Source: an uncultured Thermococci archaeon
GTDB taxonomy: Archaea; CAYQAE01; CAYVLA01
Direction of reading: 5' to 3'
Length of the DNA stretch: 31,405 bases
Assembly: GCA_964549615.1 (NCBI GenBank)
Contig: CAZJVP010000087.1
Coordinates: forward strand, 1 to 31,405
Position numbers and translations under genes: made by a program. The first letter of the stretch is position 1. Every line of letters starts with the position of its first letter. Below, piece by piece: positions 1 to 10,254 of the stretch. Below the pieces are notes generated by a model. That model was not told the origin of the DNA. It saw only the letters and a list, made by a program, of their open reading frames with translations, and made no database searches.

Positions 1-20
1 CAGACCGTCTGCGCGGCCAT
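1..20 (-). CDS. 5' end of a gene running off the left edge (MAAQTV...)
   Basis: ATG at 20-18 preceded by purine-rich AGAGGGGGGAAG, with a TATA-like GATAAATAC (minus strand, 69-61). Confidence 0.4.
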
Positions 21-744
21 CTTCCCCCCTCTAAAGGTTCTGGACTGGAAAACGTCGCTCGTATTTATCGTCCATTTCACCGAAAGTTGGCTGGCTAGGC
101 CGGCCTGAACGATTCGTACACATGCCGCGATCGCGAGACACCACAAGGCCGTCACCAAGATGGCTTGCCTTCTCTTTCCTACGCGTTTCGTGCTTCCCAA
201 AGGACGATTGGCACGCTGCATCCCCGAATTCTCCCAAAAGCCCGTCTGCCTTATCAGCCAAGCATAGTTTTCCGCGCTCTTAGCCTTTTCTCAGCGTTTA
301 TCTGCCGGCCCCGACCGAGCTGGCCCCACGGAGGGGAACCAAGCATCCACCCAGCAACCGTCTAGAGAGCCGACGGCTTGAAAAGCTACTGCAACGCTCG
401 CTCGGGAGTAAACGCGCTAAGGCTGCTCTAGGAATTTGGTGACGCTACAATCGGTTCGTGCTACGCACCCAGACCAACGGGACCCCCAATGGATGTGTCT
501 CCGCCTATACGCAGATACAGTGCGGACAGCACATGGGATATTTCAGGGTCCATGATCGATAACTATACCATCCAGTCATGCCTGTTGCACGAGGACTATG
601 ATCACTCACACCGCCATCCACACAGTCCTGGTCAAGCACGGCTATGCGACCACGAGCTGGAGGCAGGGGCAGGGGGAGGCAGGAGACTTATTTTGCCAAG
701 AGGGAGATGAGTCGGGGTTGTGCAAGAAGGATGCCTTAGCGCAT

Positions 745-3700
745 ATGGCTGATGAAGCTGGACCGATGGGGAGGGTCGGCGCCATTGGACGCGGCAGGCG
801 CCGTCGTAGAGCCTTCGCCGTCCTCGGACTTTGCCTCGTTTGCTTGCTGAGCGTGGGCGGGTTTGCCCGCCGAACCTCGCTTGGCCTCCAGGGCATAGGG
901 GGAATGCCTGATCCTGCCGAGGGCGCGGCCATGCAGAGCCGCGCTGCAAACATGACCGTGAGCAGGACATGTCCGTGGGATAGCCGGCTCTCCATCGACA
1001 TCTCAATCCCCTGGGCGCCCTCCACCTTCCTCTACGCCTCCGCCACCTTTCCCATCGACTGGTTCCGCTTCTTTCCCGCGGTTGACACGATCTTTCTGTA
1101 CTACGAGATCGACGTTCACAAGGACGTATGTGAGAAGGTCGACCTACTACACGGAGAGAATAAGACCGTGTTTGCGGTGCTCGACCCCTTGCTGCCCAAC
1201 AACCGGACCCTCCTTGACCTTTTCTACGATCCGGAGGCTCTTAGCGCTTTCACCATGGAACTCGCCGCCACGGTGTCCAACCTCACGCATCTGGGCGTCG
1301 ACGGCTTTGTGCTTGGGGATGAGTGGCCGAGAGGATGCTCCCAGGACGTCGGGGTTCGGACGCTGGCAGCCCACAACGAGACATACTTCGCGGAGACGGG
1401 AAGATGGATGAAGCCCGGCGGAGGCGACAGGGTGGAGAGGGCCCAACCCGCGGCGTGGCTCTACCGGAGGTCGATCCAAGCTTGGAACAGCATCGCTCGG
1501 GATCTTCGCAACTCCTTCCCAGGGGTACGGCTGGGGACGAATGTGGACCTATTCTGGAGACCTGACTATGGCAGCGACGATCCCTTCATGTGGAAGGCTG
1601 ATCACTGGCTGCCGGACCTTAACGTGGGGGCATATGATTTCATCGTTTCCCATTACTACACCGCCATGCCCCTACTTTCGACGGCCGACGACGTGGACCA
1701 ATCAAGCCTCAAGATCCTGGACTCCTCCTTGGACAGGATGCTGGCGGCCACCGAGCGGCAGGAAAAGGCGCTATACCTGATGTTGGCGGCCCACTACAGG
1801 GAACCCTGGCTCATCACCCCTGCGCAGATGCTGGCCGAGTGGAATCTTGTATCTCGAAAAAACATCTCGGCTATAGGGTGGTTTGCCTTCGATTCGTGGG
1901 AGACGGGCCGGACCGCCCGATGGAGGGAAGCCAACTACGTGGGAGGCCAGGCCCCCTTCAAAGTTGAGAGACCACTTCTAATCCGTGCCCTGAGCAGCGC
2001 GAGGGAGGAGGCCATCCTGGAGGATCATCTGCGTGGGCTCACAGCTTCATGCGAGCCATCCATAATTTCCGAAAGACCCGGCCACAGCCTCGAAGAGGAA
2101 AAGTTCGTCTCAGCCAGTTTTTCCCCGACCGCCAGGTTTCTCCTGCTGGTCTCGAAAACCAGGATCCAGGTTCGAAACGCGTCGGAGCCATCCACGATTC
2201 TCCTAGAAATCCGGGCACGCGGAGGCCTATTCGCATCGGCCGATTGGTCGCCCGATGAGACGCACCTAGTCTACACAACCACGGACGGCGAGCTTGTGAT
2301 CCTCGCCACAGGACTCCCGAACGAGGATGGCCCGCCTGGGCACAAGGCATCCGGTGAACCAGCCGGGGAGGAGAGGCACCGCTTGGCCTTGGCGCGCCTC
2401 GGCCGGGTCGCCTGGTGTCCCATGGGGGGGACGATAGCCTGCGAGGCGGGCGGAGGCATACTGTTGATGAACGTGTCTAACGAGCATCTGGACCCGAAAA
2501 CCAGTCGCTGGGTTATCGCCCCGGGGGATCAAGCTACCTATCTCTGCGGATGGTCGCATGATGGAACGTACCTTGCAACCAGAGAAAACGATCGTCTGGA
2601 CATCTGGAACGTAAAAGACCTGACCTTAGCCGCGGCGATGGACAGGGCGGGGGTGGGTGGACCAGGGCATGCCGGTGTATTCTGGTCGCCCAAGGGCGAT
2701 CTGCTTGCAGTGCTGATACGCAGCGTGGACCGCGAGGAGCTCGCTGTCCTAGATGTTGAAAGGAACATCACAAGGATATGGGGCCTCCGCATGGGTAGAT
2801 CACAGGTCGTCAACGGGACGCTGATCCTCAGCTCGATGCCGCCTGGGACGAATATGGCGGAGGCATGGCGCTTGGCAGCAAATGTACGCACGGCGTGGAT
2901 ATATATTGAGCCAACAATCAATGGAACATGGACGGTTGGCCAGCCAGCCGATGGGGGGTGGATGTGGGAGTTCCGGGGGACTTTGGCAAGGGTCGCATGC
3001 GTTGCCTGGAACGCTCGCGGGGACGAAATTTCAGTGTGCACCGAGGATGGCTGCCTATTTCAAATCAGCCCTTTGGACGAAACAGGTCCGCCGCCGTCCA
3101 TCACACTCCTCCCTCTGACGGATGGAGGAGCCACCAGGCCGGCTGGCTGGCTTCCCGCCATTGCCTGTGATGCATTCCAACCGCTTGCCGCAGCGCCGCC
3201 AGTAGTGTCCCTCTCTTTCTCGCCCGCAGAAATTGCAGGCAGGTTTAGGTGGGTCGCCTGCCGTACCGATAAGGTCTTCGTAGGACCCATGGGGAGGCCC
3301 TTTCAGCCGATCCTTGGAGCGGGGGCAATATCCATCCTCGAGGTCGCGCCTCCAGGCCCGGCCCGGGCGCTTGACTGGTCTGATCATCACGGCTTGCTGG
3401 CGGCGAGCTTTGGAGAGCCCGAAAACAGCATAAGGTTATGGAAGGTCGAGCCCGACGGATCGAGCACCTTTCTGTTCTCGCTGTGGGATGAGGAGGGGCC
3501 GAGAGAAATAGCATTCTCGCCCGCTGGCGATGGCCTCGCATTCCTGACCGACGCAGGGAGGCTGAAGCTTTGGAACCTCGCCAACGGCCAGGTGTCCATC
3601 TTGTATGACCTTCCGCCAGCGCTGGAGATGGAGGTGAGGTCGATAAGCTACTCTCCCGATGGGAAGTGGCTGGCCTTCACATCCAACTGCGCCGAGGTGG

Positions 3701-4599
3701 CAGTATTGAACTTGCTCACCCTCGACGCCGCACCGGTTGCCCAAGAGGCCCCATTCTACGCAGCGTGGGCACCGGATGGAACCATCTTGGCCATAGCGTC
3801 AAGCGAAGGCATATCCCTCTGGAGTATAGACGACTCGGGCACTCTGCGGCTGTTGGAGCACCCCACATGCGGGCCTGCAAGGTGCCTCGCGTGGTCACCG
3901 GATGGAAGATACCTCCTGGTCGGTCTTGAGACGAGCAGGGAAGGCCTCACGGACATCCAGCTTTTCCACTGGAGCGGTGAGGACCTCCTTCTTCTCGCAA
4001 CGAAAACGATCGCCTTTGACTGGGAGCCCGACCAATGTCAGCGCCTGTTCGCCTGGTCGCCGGACTCGCTCACCGCGGCAGTTGCTTTCGGCCTTGAGGA
4101 GTACAATGATCCTTGGAGAGAGGAGTGGGTCAAATCAACAGCACCATCAGGATTGATTTGCCTGAGATCGGTCAAGTTTTACTTCGACAAGCTTCGGCCC
4201 GGCGTCATCCTGTGGGACGCATCGGCCGAGCCGTCCAACCTCTCCTCCTTCCCAACGCTTAGCGATGCCATCATCTCCGTTGTGTGGTTGGGGGAGGGCG
4301 GGTTCCTGGCGTCCGCATCAGGCAATGGGCAGGTCCTGCTATGGGACGTGGGGTCGTTCTTGCCGGTGGACGAGACGGGGCCGTTGAGTCAGATCGCTCT
4401 CATCGCGTCAGCATGGCTGATCCTGTCTGCACGAAGGCCGCGCCGCCGACCAGGGGCGGGAGCCGTATCTGCAGGTCCAGGCCGCCTCGAGTGTGCGCAT
4501 TCTGTGTTACGCCGGCGTTGCGTCCACCCGCTCCGGGGAGGACGATCGTCGTGCGGTTCAGTATCCGGAGGGAGTGGGGCGCTACCCGCCGGTCGCTGA
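745..4599 (+). CDS. Large secreted, membrane-anchored protein: N-terminal TIM-barrel (glycoside-hydrolase-like) domain plus WD40/beta-propeller repeats
   Basis: ORF is open from 598, but the start is more likely ATG 745 or 766, before an Arg-rich plus hydrophobic signal peptide (RRRRRAFAVLGLCLVCLLSV). Repeated W/F-S-P-D-G and LWD/LWN/IWN motifs. C-terminal hydrophobic segment followed by RRPRRR. Confidence 0.8.
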   Translation: MADEAGPMGRVGAIGRGRRRRRAFAVLGLCLVCLLSVGGFARRTSLGLQGIGGMPDPAEGAAMQSRAANMTVSRTCPWDSRLSIDISIPWAPSTFLYASATFPIDWFRFFPAVDTIFLYYEIDVHKDVCEKVDLLHGENKTVFAVLDPLLPNNRTLLDLFYDPEALSAFTMELAATVSNLTHLGVDGFVLGDEWPRGCSQDVGVRTLAAHNETYFAETGRWMKPGGGDRVERAQPAAWLYRRSIQAWNSIARDLRNSFPGVRLGTNVDLFWRPDYGSDDPFMWKADHWLPDLNVGAYDFIVSHYYTAMPLLSTADDVDQSSLKILDSSLDRMLAATERQEKALYLMLAAHYREPWLITPAQMLAEWNLVSRKNISAIGWFAFDSWETGRTARWREANYVGGQAPFKVERPLLIRALSSAREEAILEDHLRGLTASCEPSIISERPGHSLEEEKFVSASFSPTARFLLLVSKTRIQVRNASEPSTILLEIRARGGLFASADWSPDETHLVYTTTDGELVILATGLPNEDGPPGHKASGEPAGEERHRLALARLGRVAWCPMGGTIACEAGGGILLMNVSNEHLDPKTSRWVIAPGDQATYLCGWSHDGTYLATRENDRLDIWNVKDLTLAAAMDRAGVGGPGHAGVFWSPKGDLLAVLIRSVDREELAVLDVERNITRIWGLRMGRSQVVNGTLILSSMPPGTNMAEAWRLAANVRTAWIYIEPTINGTWTVGQPADGGWMWEFRGTLARVACVAWNARGDEISVCTEDGCLFQISPLDETGPPPSITLLPLTDGGATRPAGWLPAIACDAFQPLAAAPPVVSLSFSPAEIAGRFRWVACRTDKVFVGPMGRPFQPILGAGAISILEVAPPGPARALDWSDHHGLLAASFGEPENSIRLWKVEPDGSSTFLFSLWDEEGPREIAFSPAGDGLAFLTDAGRLKLWNLANGQVSILYDLPPALEMEVRSISYSPDGKWLAFTSNCAEVAVLNLLTLDAAPVAQEAPFYAAWAPDGTILAIASSEGISLWSIDDSGTLRLLEHPTCGPARCLAWSPDGRYLLVGLETSREGLTDIQLFHWSGEDLLLLATKTIAFDWEPDQCQRLFAWSPDSLTAAVAFGLEEYNDPWREEWVKSTAPSGLICLRSVKFYFDKLRPGVILWDASAEPSNLSSFPTLSDAIISVVWLGEGGFLASASGNGQVLLWDVGSFLPVDETGPLSQIALIASAWLILSARRPRRRPGAGAVSAGPGRLECAHSVLRRRCVHPLRGGRSSCGSVSGGSGALPAGR

Positions 4600-5520
4600 C
4601 CGGTGTAGTGCAACGGGCTCAGCATCCCGAGGTCGGTGCGGCCTCCGCCGTCAGCGCAGTTCTCCAGTATGAGGCGGGAAGCGCTTTCTGAGACGATTGT
4701 ACATGCCCTAGACGGATTCGTAGTATTGCCACAGCTTGGACATTCCGGATTAGCGCGATCGATGCCCCCGGTCCCGGTCTTCTTGCCGCAGCGCTCTAAT
4801 GGCCACTCGGGATGCTCCTTGGCTATGCCTCCGAGCCGATCCGGTCCGCGTCGACCCAAAGCCCGCAGAGAAGCCCTTTCTTCCTCCCGTAACGGAAAAC
4901 TGGCTCAAGCCCGGCGGGCAGGTGGTCGCCGCACTCCAGTCCCCGACCGTGGCAGTTAGACCCCCTATTGCCGAACCACCCAGCATCCACGACGTAGATG
5001 TCTGCCCCGATCTCAAACATGAGGCTCTCCTCGCTCATCTCGTGCTCGTGGTAGGACCGGTGATCGTAGGTCACGAGCCCGCTCCTTCCTCAGGATGCGC
5101 CGGCAGCACGCCTCGGCGCAGATGCCTGTGCCACGCCTGCACGCACCGTCCAAGTCGGAATGGAACGTGCCCAGGTGAACCTTCGGGCTCGCGACCGTCT
5201 CGCCGAGTCCGAGAACCCTCATGAGTAGGGCTGGTAGGTCCAATGCGAAAGCCCAGGAAAGCATCCCTCGAGTTGCCGTACTGCTCGCGAGTGAACTCCA
5301 TGGCCCATTTCCCGACGCTCAAGCCCCCGATGACCGATCCATCGATGCCCCGGTCGAATGCATCTTGGGAGTCGCCGCAAAGGTCTTCCTTCCCATCCTG
5401 TAGAACACCTCACGAACTGGATGGGCTTGGGTCTACCCGCAGGCATTTTGCCACGAACCGGGGCAGCGGATATTCGACACCGATGTTGCCGAACGTAAGA
5501 TCCTCGCCTGCTCCCGTCAC
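4590..5520 (-). pseudogene. Degraded GH36 alpha-galactosidase (melibiase)
   Basis: GH36-type motifs are spread over different frames: VVDAGWFG, LPAGLEPVFRYGRKKGLLCGLWVD, IAKEHPEW, ENCADGGGRTDLGML. In-frame TGA at ~5410-5412, frameshifts (e.g. ~4830) and deletions. Confidence 0.8.
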
Positions 5521-5619
5521 GCATGAGTGGACTTCGCGTAAGAAACAGGCCTTTGCGTCCCCGGGATCGGCGCTTCGACGTAGCGGCATCTCCTGCGAGC
5601 TTGCGCACCCGAAAGGAGC

Positions 5620-5628
5620 TTAATATAG
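5620..5628 (+). promoter_or_regulatory. Archaeal TATA box upstream of GH2
   Basis: TTAATATAG preceded by purine-rich GAAAGGAG; SD-like GAGGTG just before ATG 5684. Confidence 0.5.
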
Positions 5629-5683
5629 TAGGTGTGTCCGACGGGTCCGGCAGACCAAGCCAAAGGCTCAGAGAGGTGCAACT

Positions 5684-8611
5684 ATGGCAACCAGACTCCT
5701 TTCGCTCGATGGGGAATGGCAACTGGCCGTCGACCCCAACAACGTGGGAATTGAGAGGAAATGGTGGAAAAGGCCGGAGCAGGGGCAGCGACCCGCCCGC
5801 GTCCCTGGAATCATCCAGGAGGCTTTCCCCGCATACCACGGAGTCGCCTGGTACCGGCGGACATTCAGATGCCCCCGACATCCAGACGAACAAGGACGGT
5901 TCCTCTTGCGATTCTGGGCAGTCGACTACCTCTGCGATGTGTGGCTAAACGGCGTGCACGTTGGAGGCCACGAAGGTGGGGAGACGCCCTTCGAGCTGGA
6001 TGCCACCGATTCGATCAAGCCCGGCGGCATCAACCATCTGGCAGTGCGCGTCCTGAACCCGACAAACCACCCGATCGATGGGATGACGCTTGGGCAGACT
6101 CCCCACAGGAACAAGTCCATCCCGCCCCTTCCGGGGAGCTCCTACAACTACGGCGGCATCACGGAATCCGTGGAGCTGCTGCTGGTCCCAGCCGTGCGCG
6201 TGGAGGACGTGTTCGTCAGGCCGGACATCAAGACCGGCGGGGTGAGAGTCCAAGTCACTGTGCGCAACTTTACGAAAGCTACCCGAAAGGTCGCCATCCA
6301 GATCTGCCTATCTCCGGCTGCTGGGGGAATAACGCTCACATCCACCCAGGTCGAGTGCAGGGCGAAACCTGAGGATACGGTAGCCCTGGCAGAACTTCGG
6401 CTTGACAGGCCCCGCCTGTGGCAACTTCACGATCCCTATCTTTACAGCGCGACGGTTCGCCTGTGGCTCGATCCTAAGCGGATCATCGACGAGCGCTCCG
6501 TGCGGTTCGGCTTCCGCGACTTCCGGGTCGTGAACGGCTTCTTCCATCTCAACGGGAAGAGGATCTTCCTGAAGAGCGCCCATACCGGCAACCACTGCCC
6601 GATTGGGCAGATCGTCTCTCCCGCAGCAGCCCCGGACCTATTGCAACGGGACCTCATCTACGCAAAGGCCTGCGGACTGAACGCAGTCAGGTTCATCGCC
6701 GGCGCGGCCCACCCCTGGCAGCTGGACTTGTGCGATGAGATCGGACTGATGGTTTACGAGGAGTCCCTGGCGAGCTGGTGCTTGGAAGACTCGCCCAATA
6801 TGGCCGAACGGTTCGACCGATCGGTGGCCGAGATGATCCGTCGTGACAGGAACCATCCTTCCGTTGTCATCTGGGGCCTTCTGAACGAAACCCGCGATGG
6901 CCCCGTGTTCCGGCATGCCGTCGAGGCCTTGAAGCTGGTCCGGTCCCTGGACGACACCCGCCTAGTCCTGTTGGGTAGCGGACGGTGGGACGGACAGTTC
7001 AACATCGGCTCCGTCAGCAATCCAGGAAGCGACCGATGGGAGTGCGTCTGGGGAATGGAGGATCCCAGCTACAGCACGCCCTTCGCTTGGGGATCTGGCG
7101 GATACGCGAAGAACGCGGGCGATGCCCATATCTACCCCTCGACGCCCCAGACTCCCGAGGCAAACAACCTGATTAGGACCCTCGGCAAGGACGCGAAGCC
7201 GGTCTTCCTCTCGGAATACGGCATCGGGAGTTTGCTTAACGCCATCCGCGAGCTCAGATTCTACGAGCAGGCGAAGGCCAATCCGGAGCTGGAAGACGCG
7301 TGCCTGATGCGTTCCATGGCGGAGAGCCTGATCGCCGACTGGAAACGCCTTGGCATGCAGGCGGCCTATCCCTTCCCCGAGGACATGCTGCGCGACAGCC
7401 AGAGGCTTCACTGCCGACAGCGGTTGCTCGGCTTTGACCTCATCCGATCGAACCCGAAGATCTGCGGCTTCAATGTGACCGGGATGCTTGACCACGGCAT
7501 GACGGGCGAGGGGCTTTGGACGTTCTGGAGGGAGTGGAAGCCGGGCATCGCCGATGCGCTTTCCGACGGCTGGGCACCGCTTCGATGGTGCACCTTCGTG
7601 GAGCCCATGCACGGCTACTCGGGGCAGGCCTTCAGGATCGAGGTCGTGCTGGCAAACGAGGACGTGCTCCCTGCGGGGAAGTACCCCGTGACGGTCAAGA
7701 TCTTCGGGCCGGATGGGCCGGCATGGGAGAAGCACGTGCTCGCGCATATACCCACGCTTAGGGTCGGGGAGCTTGCACCGCTGGCCCTCACCATTCTGCT
7801 TGAAACGGTCGTCCTCAAAGGACCGCCGGGCAGATACGAGCTGCGCGTTTCGATGGATGCAGGCGGAGCTCCGGCAGGCGGAAGGCTGACGTTCTATCTC
7901 TCCGATCCCCGGTCCCTGCCCCGTGTGAAGGCCGCCGTGGGCACCTGGGGTATCGATGAGCGCGTCACAGCGTGGCTTCGATCTCACGGAGTGTCCTGCC
8001 AGAGCTTCCCATCCTCCCGCGGCTCCACCCGAGTGATCTTGGTGGGAGATCCGCCTGCCAACGAGAAGACGGCGGATAACTGGCGAACTCTGGCGGGGTG
8101 CGTGGCTAGGGGTGCCGTGGCGATCTTCACCTCGCCAAAGGCCTTCCGCAGGGGCGAGGACGGAGTTGGCTGGCTGCCCCTCCCAAAGAAAGGCAGATAC
8201 TACGAGTTCGGCGATTGGCTCTACCACAAGGAATGCGTGGCGAGGCCCCACCCAATACTCCAGGGATTGCCGGACAGAGGCACCATGGACTGGGACTACT
8301 ACGGCCCCGTGATCCCGCACGGGTTGTTCGCCGACCAAGAGACCCCCGACGAGGTCGTTGCAGCGGCATTCGCACTTGGATACCCGTGTCCCGGCGGCTA
8401 TGCGTCCGGCATCCTCGTTGGCGTTTACAGGTTCGGCCAAGGGAGGTTCATAGTGAACACGCTCAATGTCCTAGACAACCTGGATGCGCATCCAACTGCG
8501 GACCGAATCCTCTTGAACATGGTCAGCTACGCCAGCCAGAACGCGCTTCCATCCCCGTCCGACCTGCCTCCCGGCTTTGAAAGGCTACTGGCCGACATCG
8601 GGTATGAGTAG
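5684..8611 (+). CDS. Glycoside hydrolase family 2 (beta-galactosidase/beta-glucuronidase-like), cytoplasmic
   Basis: LSLDGEW, VAWYRRTF, VWLNG..VGGHEGG.TPFE, FGFR, LDLCDEIGLMV, RDRNHPSVVIWGLLNE (acid/base Glu) and PVFLSEYG (nucleophile Glu); extra C-terminal domains. Confidence 0.92.
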   Translation: MATRLLSLDGEWQLAVDPNNVGIERKWWKRPEQGQRPARVPGIIQEAFPAYHGVAWYRRTFRCPRHPDEQGRFLLRFWAVDYLCDVWLNGVHVGGHEGGETPFELDATDSIKPGGINHLAVRVLNPTNHPIDGMTLGQTPHRNKSIPPLPGSSYNYGGITESVELLLVPAVRVEDVFVRPDIKTGGVRVQVTVRNFTKATRKVAIQICLSPAAGGITLTSTQVECRAKPEDTVALAELRLDRPRLWQLHDPYLYSATVRLWLDPKRIIDERSVRFGFRDFRVVNGFFHLNGKRIFLKSAHTGNHCPIGQIVSPAAAPDLLQRDLIYAKACGLNAVRFIAGAAHPWQLDLCDEIGLMVYEESLASWCLEDSPNMAERFDRSVAEMIRRDRNHPSVVIWGLLNETRDGPVFRHAVEALKLVRSLDDTRLVLLGSGRWDGQFNIGSVSNPGSDRWECVWGMEDPSYSTPFAWGSGGYAKNAGDAHIYPSTPQTPEANNLIRTLGKDAKPVFLSEYGIGSLLNAIRELRFYEQAKANPELEDACLMRSMAESLIADWKRLGMQAAYPFPEDMLRDSQRLHCRQRLLGFDLIRSNPKICGFNVTGMLDHGMTGEGLWTFWREWKPGIADALSDGWAPLRWCTFVEPMHGYSGQAFRIEVVLANEDVLPAGKYPVTVKIFGPDGPAWEKHVLAHIPTLRVGELAPLALTILLETVVLKGPPGRYELRVSMDAGGAPAGGRLTFYLSDPRSLPRVKAAVGTWGIDERVTAWLRSHGVSCQSFPSSRGSTRVILVGDPPANEKTADNWRTLAGCVARGAVAIFTSPKAFRRGEDGVGWLPLPKKGRYYEFGDWLYHKECVARPHPILQGLPDRGTMDWDYYGPVIPHGLFADQETPDEVVAAAFALGYPCPGGYASGILVGVYRFGQGRFIVNTLNVLDNLDAHPTADRILLNMVSYASQNALPSPSDLPPGFERLLADIGYE

Positions 8612-8758
8612 GCAGACCACGCGAGTCAGGCTGCCGTCCATCCCGACGGTCGGTCTCCCTCGCGCATGAGCCACCTGTCCTGCGTCCTGGCCGCCACAAG
8701 CCGGATATCCGAGGACGCAGATAAATACCGATGCAATTCAACTTCAGGACGGGATACC

Positions 8759-9805
8759 GTGAAGGCAGCAAGGCTCTACGGCCCGGGCGACATCAGGATC
8801 CTCGATGTGGAAACGCCCAAGCCTGGCCCGCATGATCTGCTATGCAGGGTGGTGAGGGCCGGCATCTGTGGGACGGACCACTCCATCTTCTCCGGGAGGT
8901 TCGTCGGCGTCAGGGATGGCTCGGTCAAGTTCCCCATGACGCCCGGGCACGAATGGTCGGGAGTCGTAGTGAGCGCCGGAGCCTCGGTCACCGGATTCGA
9001 GCCGGGCAACAGGGTGGTCGGAGACACTGCGGTCTCGTGCGGAACGTGCTACGAGTGCCTCATGGGCCAGTACTCGCGGTGCCGAAGAGGGCGGGCCGTC
9101 GGCACACTGAATGCCTGGGACGGCGCGTGGGCCGAGTACATCCTGATGCCCGCCCGGCACGTCTTTCACGTCCCCGGCGCCGTCAGCTACGACAACGCAG
9201 CCATGGCCGAACCCGCCGCAACCGCCCTTCACGCCGTGACGCAGGCCGGGGTCGAACCAGGCGACGCGGTTCTGGTGTTTGGCTCGGGCACAATCGGCAT
9301 CGCTGCAGCCAAGCTCGCCAAACTGTCGGGCGCCGCGAGGCTTGTGGTGGTCGGCAGAAGGCGGTTCAAACTTCGCGTAGCATTGCGCCTAGGTGCCGAC
9401 GGAATCATCAACACCACAGAGACATCCCTGAAGGAGGGCCTGATGCATCAGTTCGGCAGCCAGGAGGTCGACAGGGTGATCGAGGCATCAGGATCGGTCG
9501 ATCTTCTGAGGGCCGCGCTGGACATCGTCCGCACCGGAGGATCAGTAGCAACGGTGGCCTTCTACGACTCAAGAATGGACGGCCTCGACATAGATCGCGT
9601 CGTCCTCAGGGGAGTAACAATCAAAGGGGTGTCGGGCAGCCTGGGGATGTACCGACCGATACTGCAGCTAATGGACTGCGGCATGCTAGATCTTGCCCCG
9701 CTGATCACGGCAAGGCTGACCCTGGATGATCTTCCCGCCGCCCTCTCCCAAAGCAAGGCGGGCGGCAGAGGGATCAAGTCCATGATCGACATCAGTGAAC
9801 CATGA
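8759..9805 (+). CDS. Zn-dependent medium-chain alcohol/polyol dehydrogenase
   Basis: GICGTD, PGHEWSG, structural Zn motif CGTCYECLMGQYSRC and GSGTIG Rossmann motif. GTG 8759 preferred over ORF start 8666 because of TATA-like GATAAATAC at 8720-8728. Confidence 0.92.
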   Translation: MKAARLYGPGDIRILDVETPKPGPHDLLCRVVRAGICGTDHSIFSGRFVGVRDGSVKFPMTPGHEWSGVVVSAGASVTGFEPGNRVVGDTAVSCGTCYECLMGQYSRCRRGRAVGTLNAWDGAWAEYILMPARHVFHVPGAVSYDNAAMAEPAATALHAVTQAGVEPGDAVLVFGSGTIGIAAAKLAKLSGAARLVVVGRRRFKLRVALRLGADGIINTTETSLKEGLMHQFGSQEVDRVIEASGSVDLLRAALDIVRTGGSVATVAFYDSRMDGLDIDRVVLRGVTIKGVSGSLGMYRPILQLMDCGMLDLAPLITARLTLDDLPAALSQSKAGGRGIKSMIDISEP

Positions 9806-9983
9806 GCGGGCGCAAGGCGCGCTCGCGCATCCCTGTGCCCCGGCGAGCAAGCATGACGGAGGAAATGTTTTTGGGGACACATGGACCAAGAACGTCGCCT
9901 CACAGGGACGGTGCCGCGCATGAAACAGCAGGATATGTCGCTTGGAAGCGGAACCACCTACGATGAGGACGGAGAGAGATAAA

Positions 9984-10175
9984 GTGCCCATAGTCCATGT
10001 GAACGTGTGGGAGGGATTTGGCCCTAGGAAGGCGAAGGCCGTGATAGGTGGGATAACGAAGATCTTTGCTGATCTCGGCGTTCCCGCGCCAGCGGTCGAG
10101 GTGGTGGTCCACGAGATTCCGAAGTCGCACTGGGGAATCGGCGGGGAGCCTGCCTCAGAGAAGTTCAAAGACTGA
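9984..10175 (+). CDS. 4-oxalocrotonate tautomerase family protein
   Basis: GTG start gives catalytic Pro1 (PIVHVNVW...); VEVVVHEIPKSHWGIGG motif; ~63 aa. Confidence 0.9.
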   Translation: MPIVHVNVWEGFGPRKAKAVIGGITKIFADLGVPAPAVEVVVHEIPKSHWGIGGEPASEKFKD

Positions 10176-10254
10176 GTTCGATAGCTAACGCCCCGCCAGG
10201 GGCCAGCCAGCATGTGCACAAAGATATTTCTCAAGTTGCCTTCAGTGGCTTGCC

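Noticed and set aside
790-850. Tat signal (RRAF) linking the WD40 protein to tatA
   Set aside because: A poly-Arg n-region is expected in GC-rich Sec signals, the match to S/T-R-R-x-F-L is weak, and tatA is ~28 kb away
6962-8440. 492-aa minus-strand ORF, and similar long ORFs at 25548-26480, 26210-27673, 8842-9729, 15353-16156 and 20331-21128
   Set aside because: Antisense or alternate-frame shadows of well-supported genes in GC-rich DNA, with no recognisable motifs
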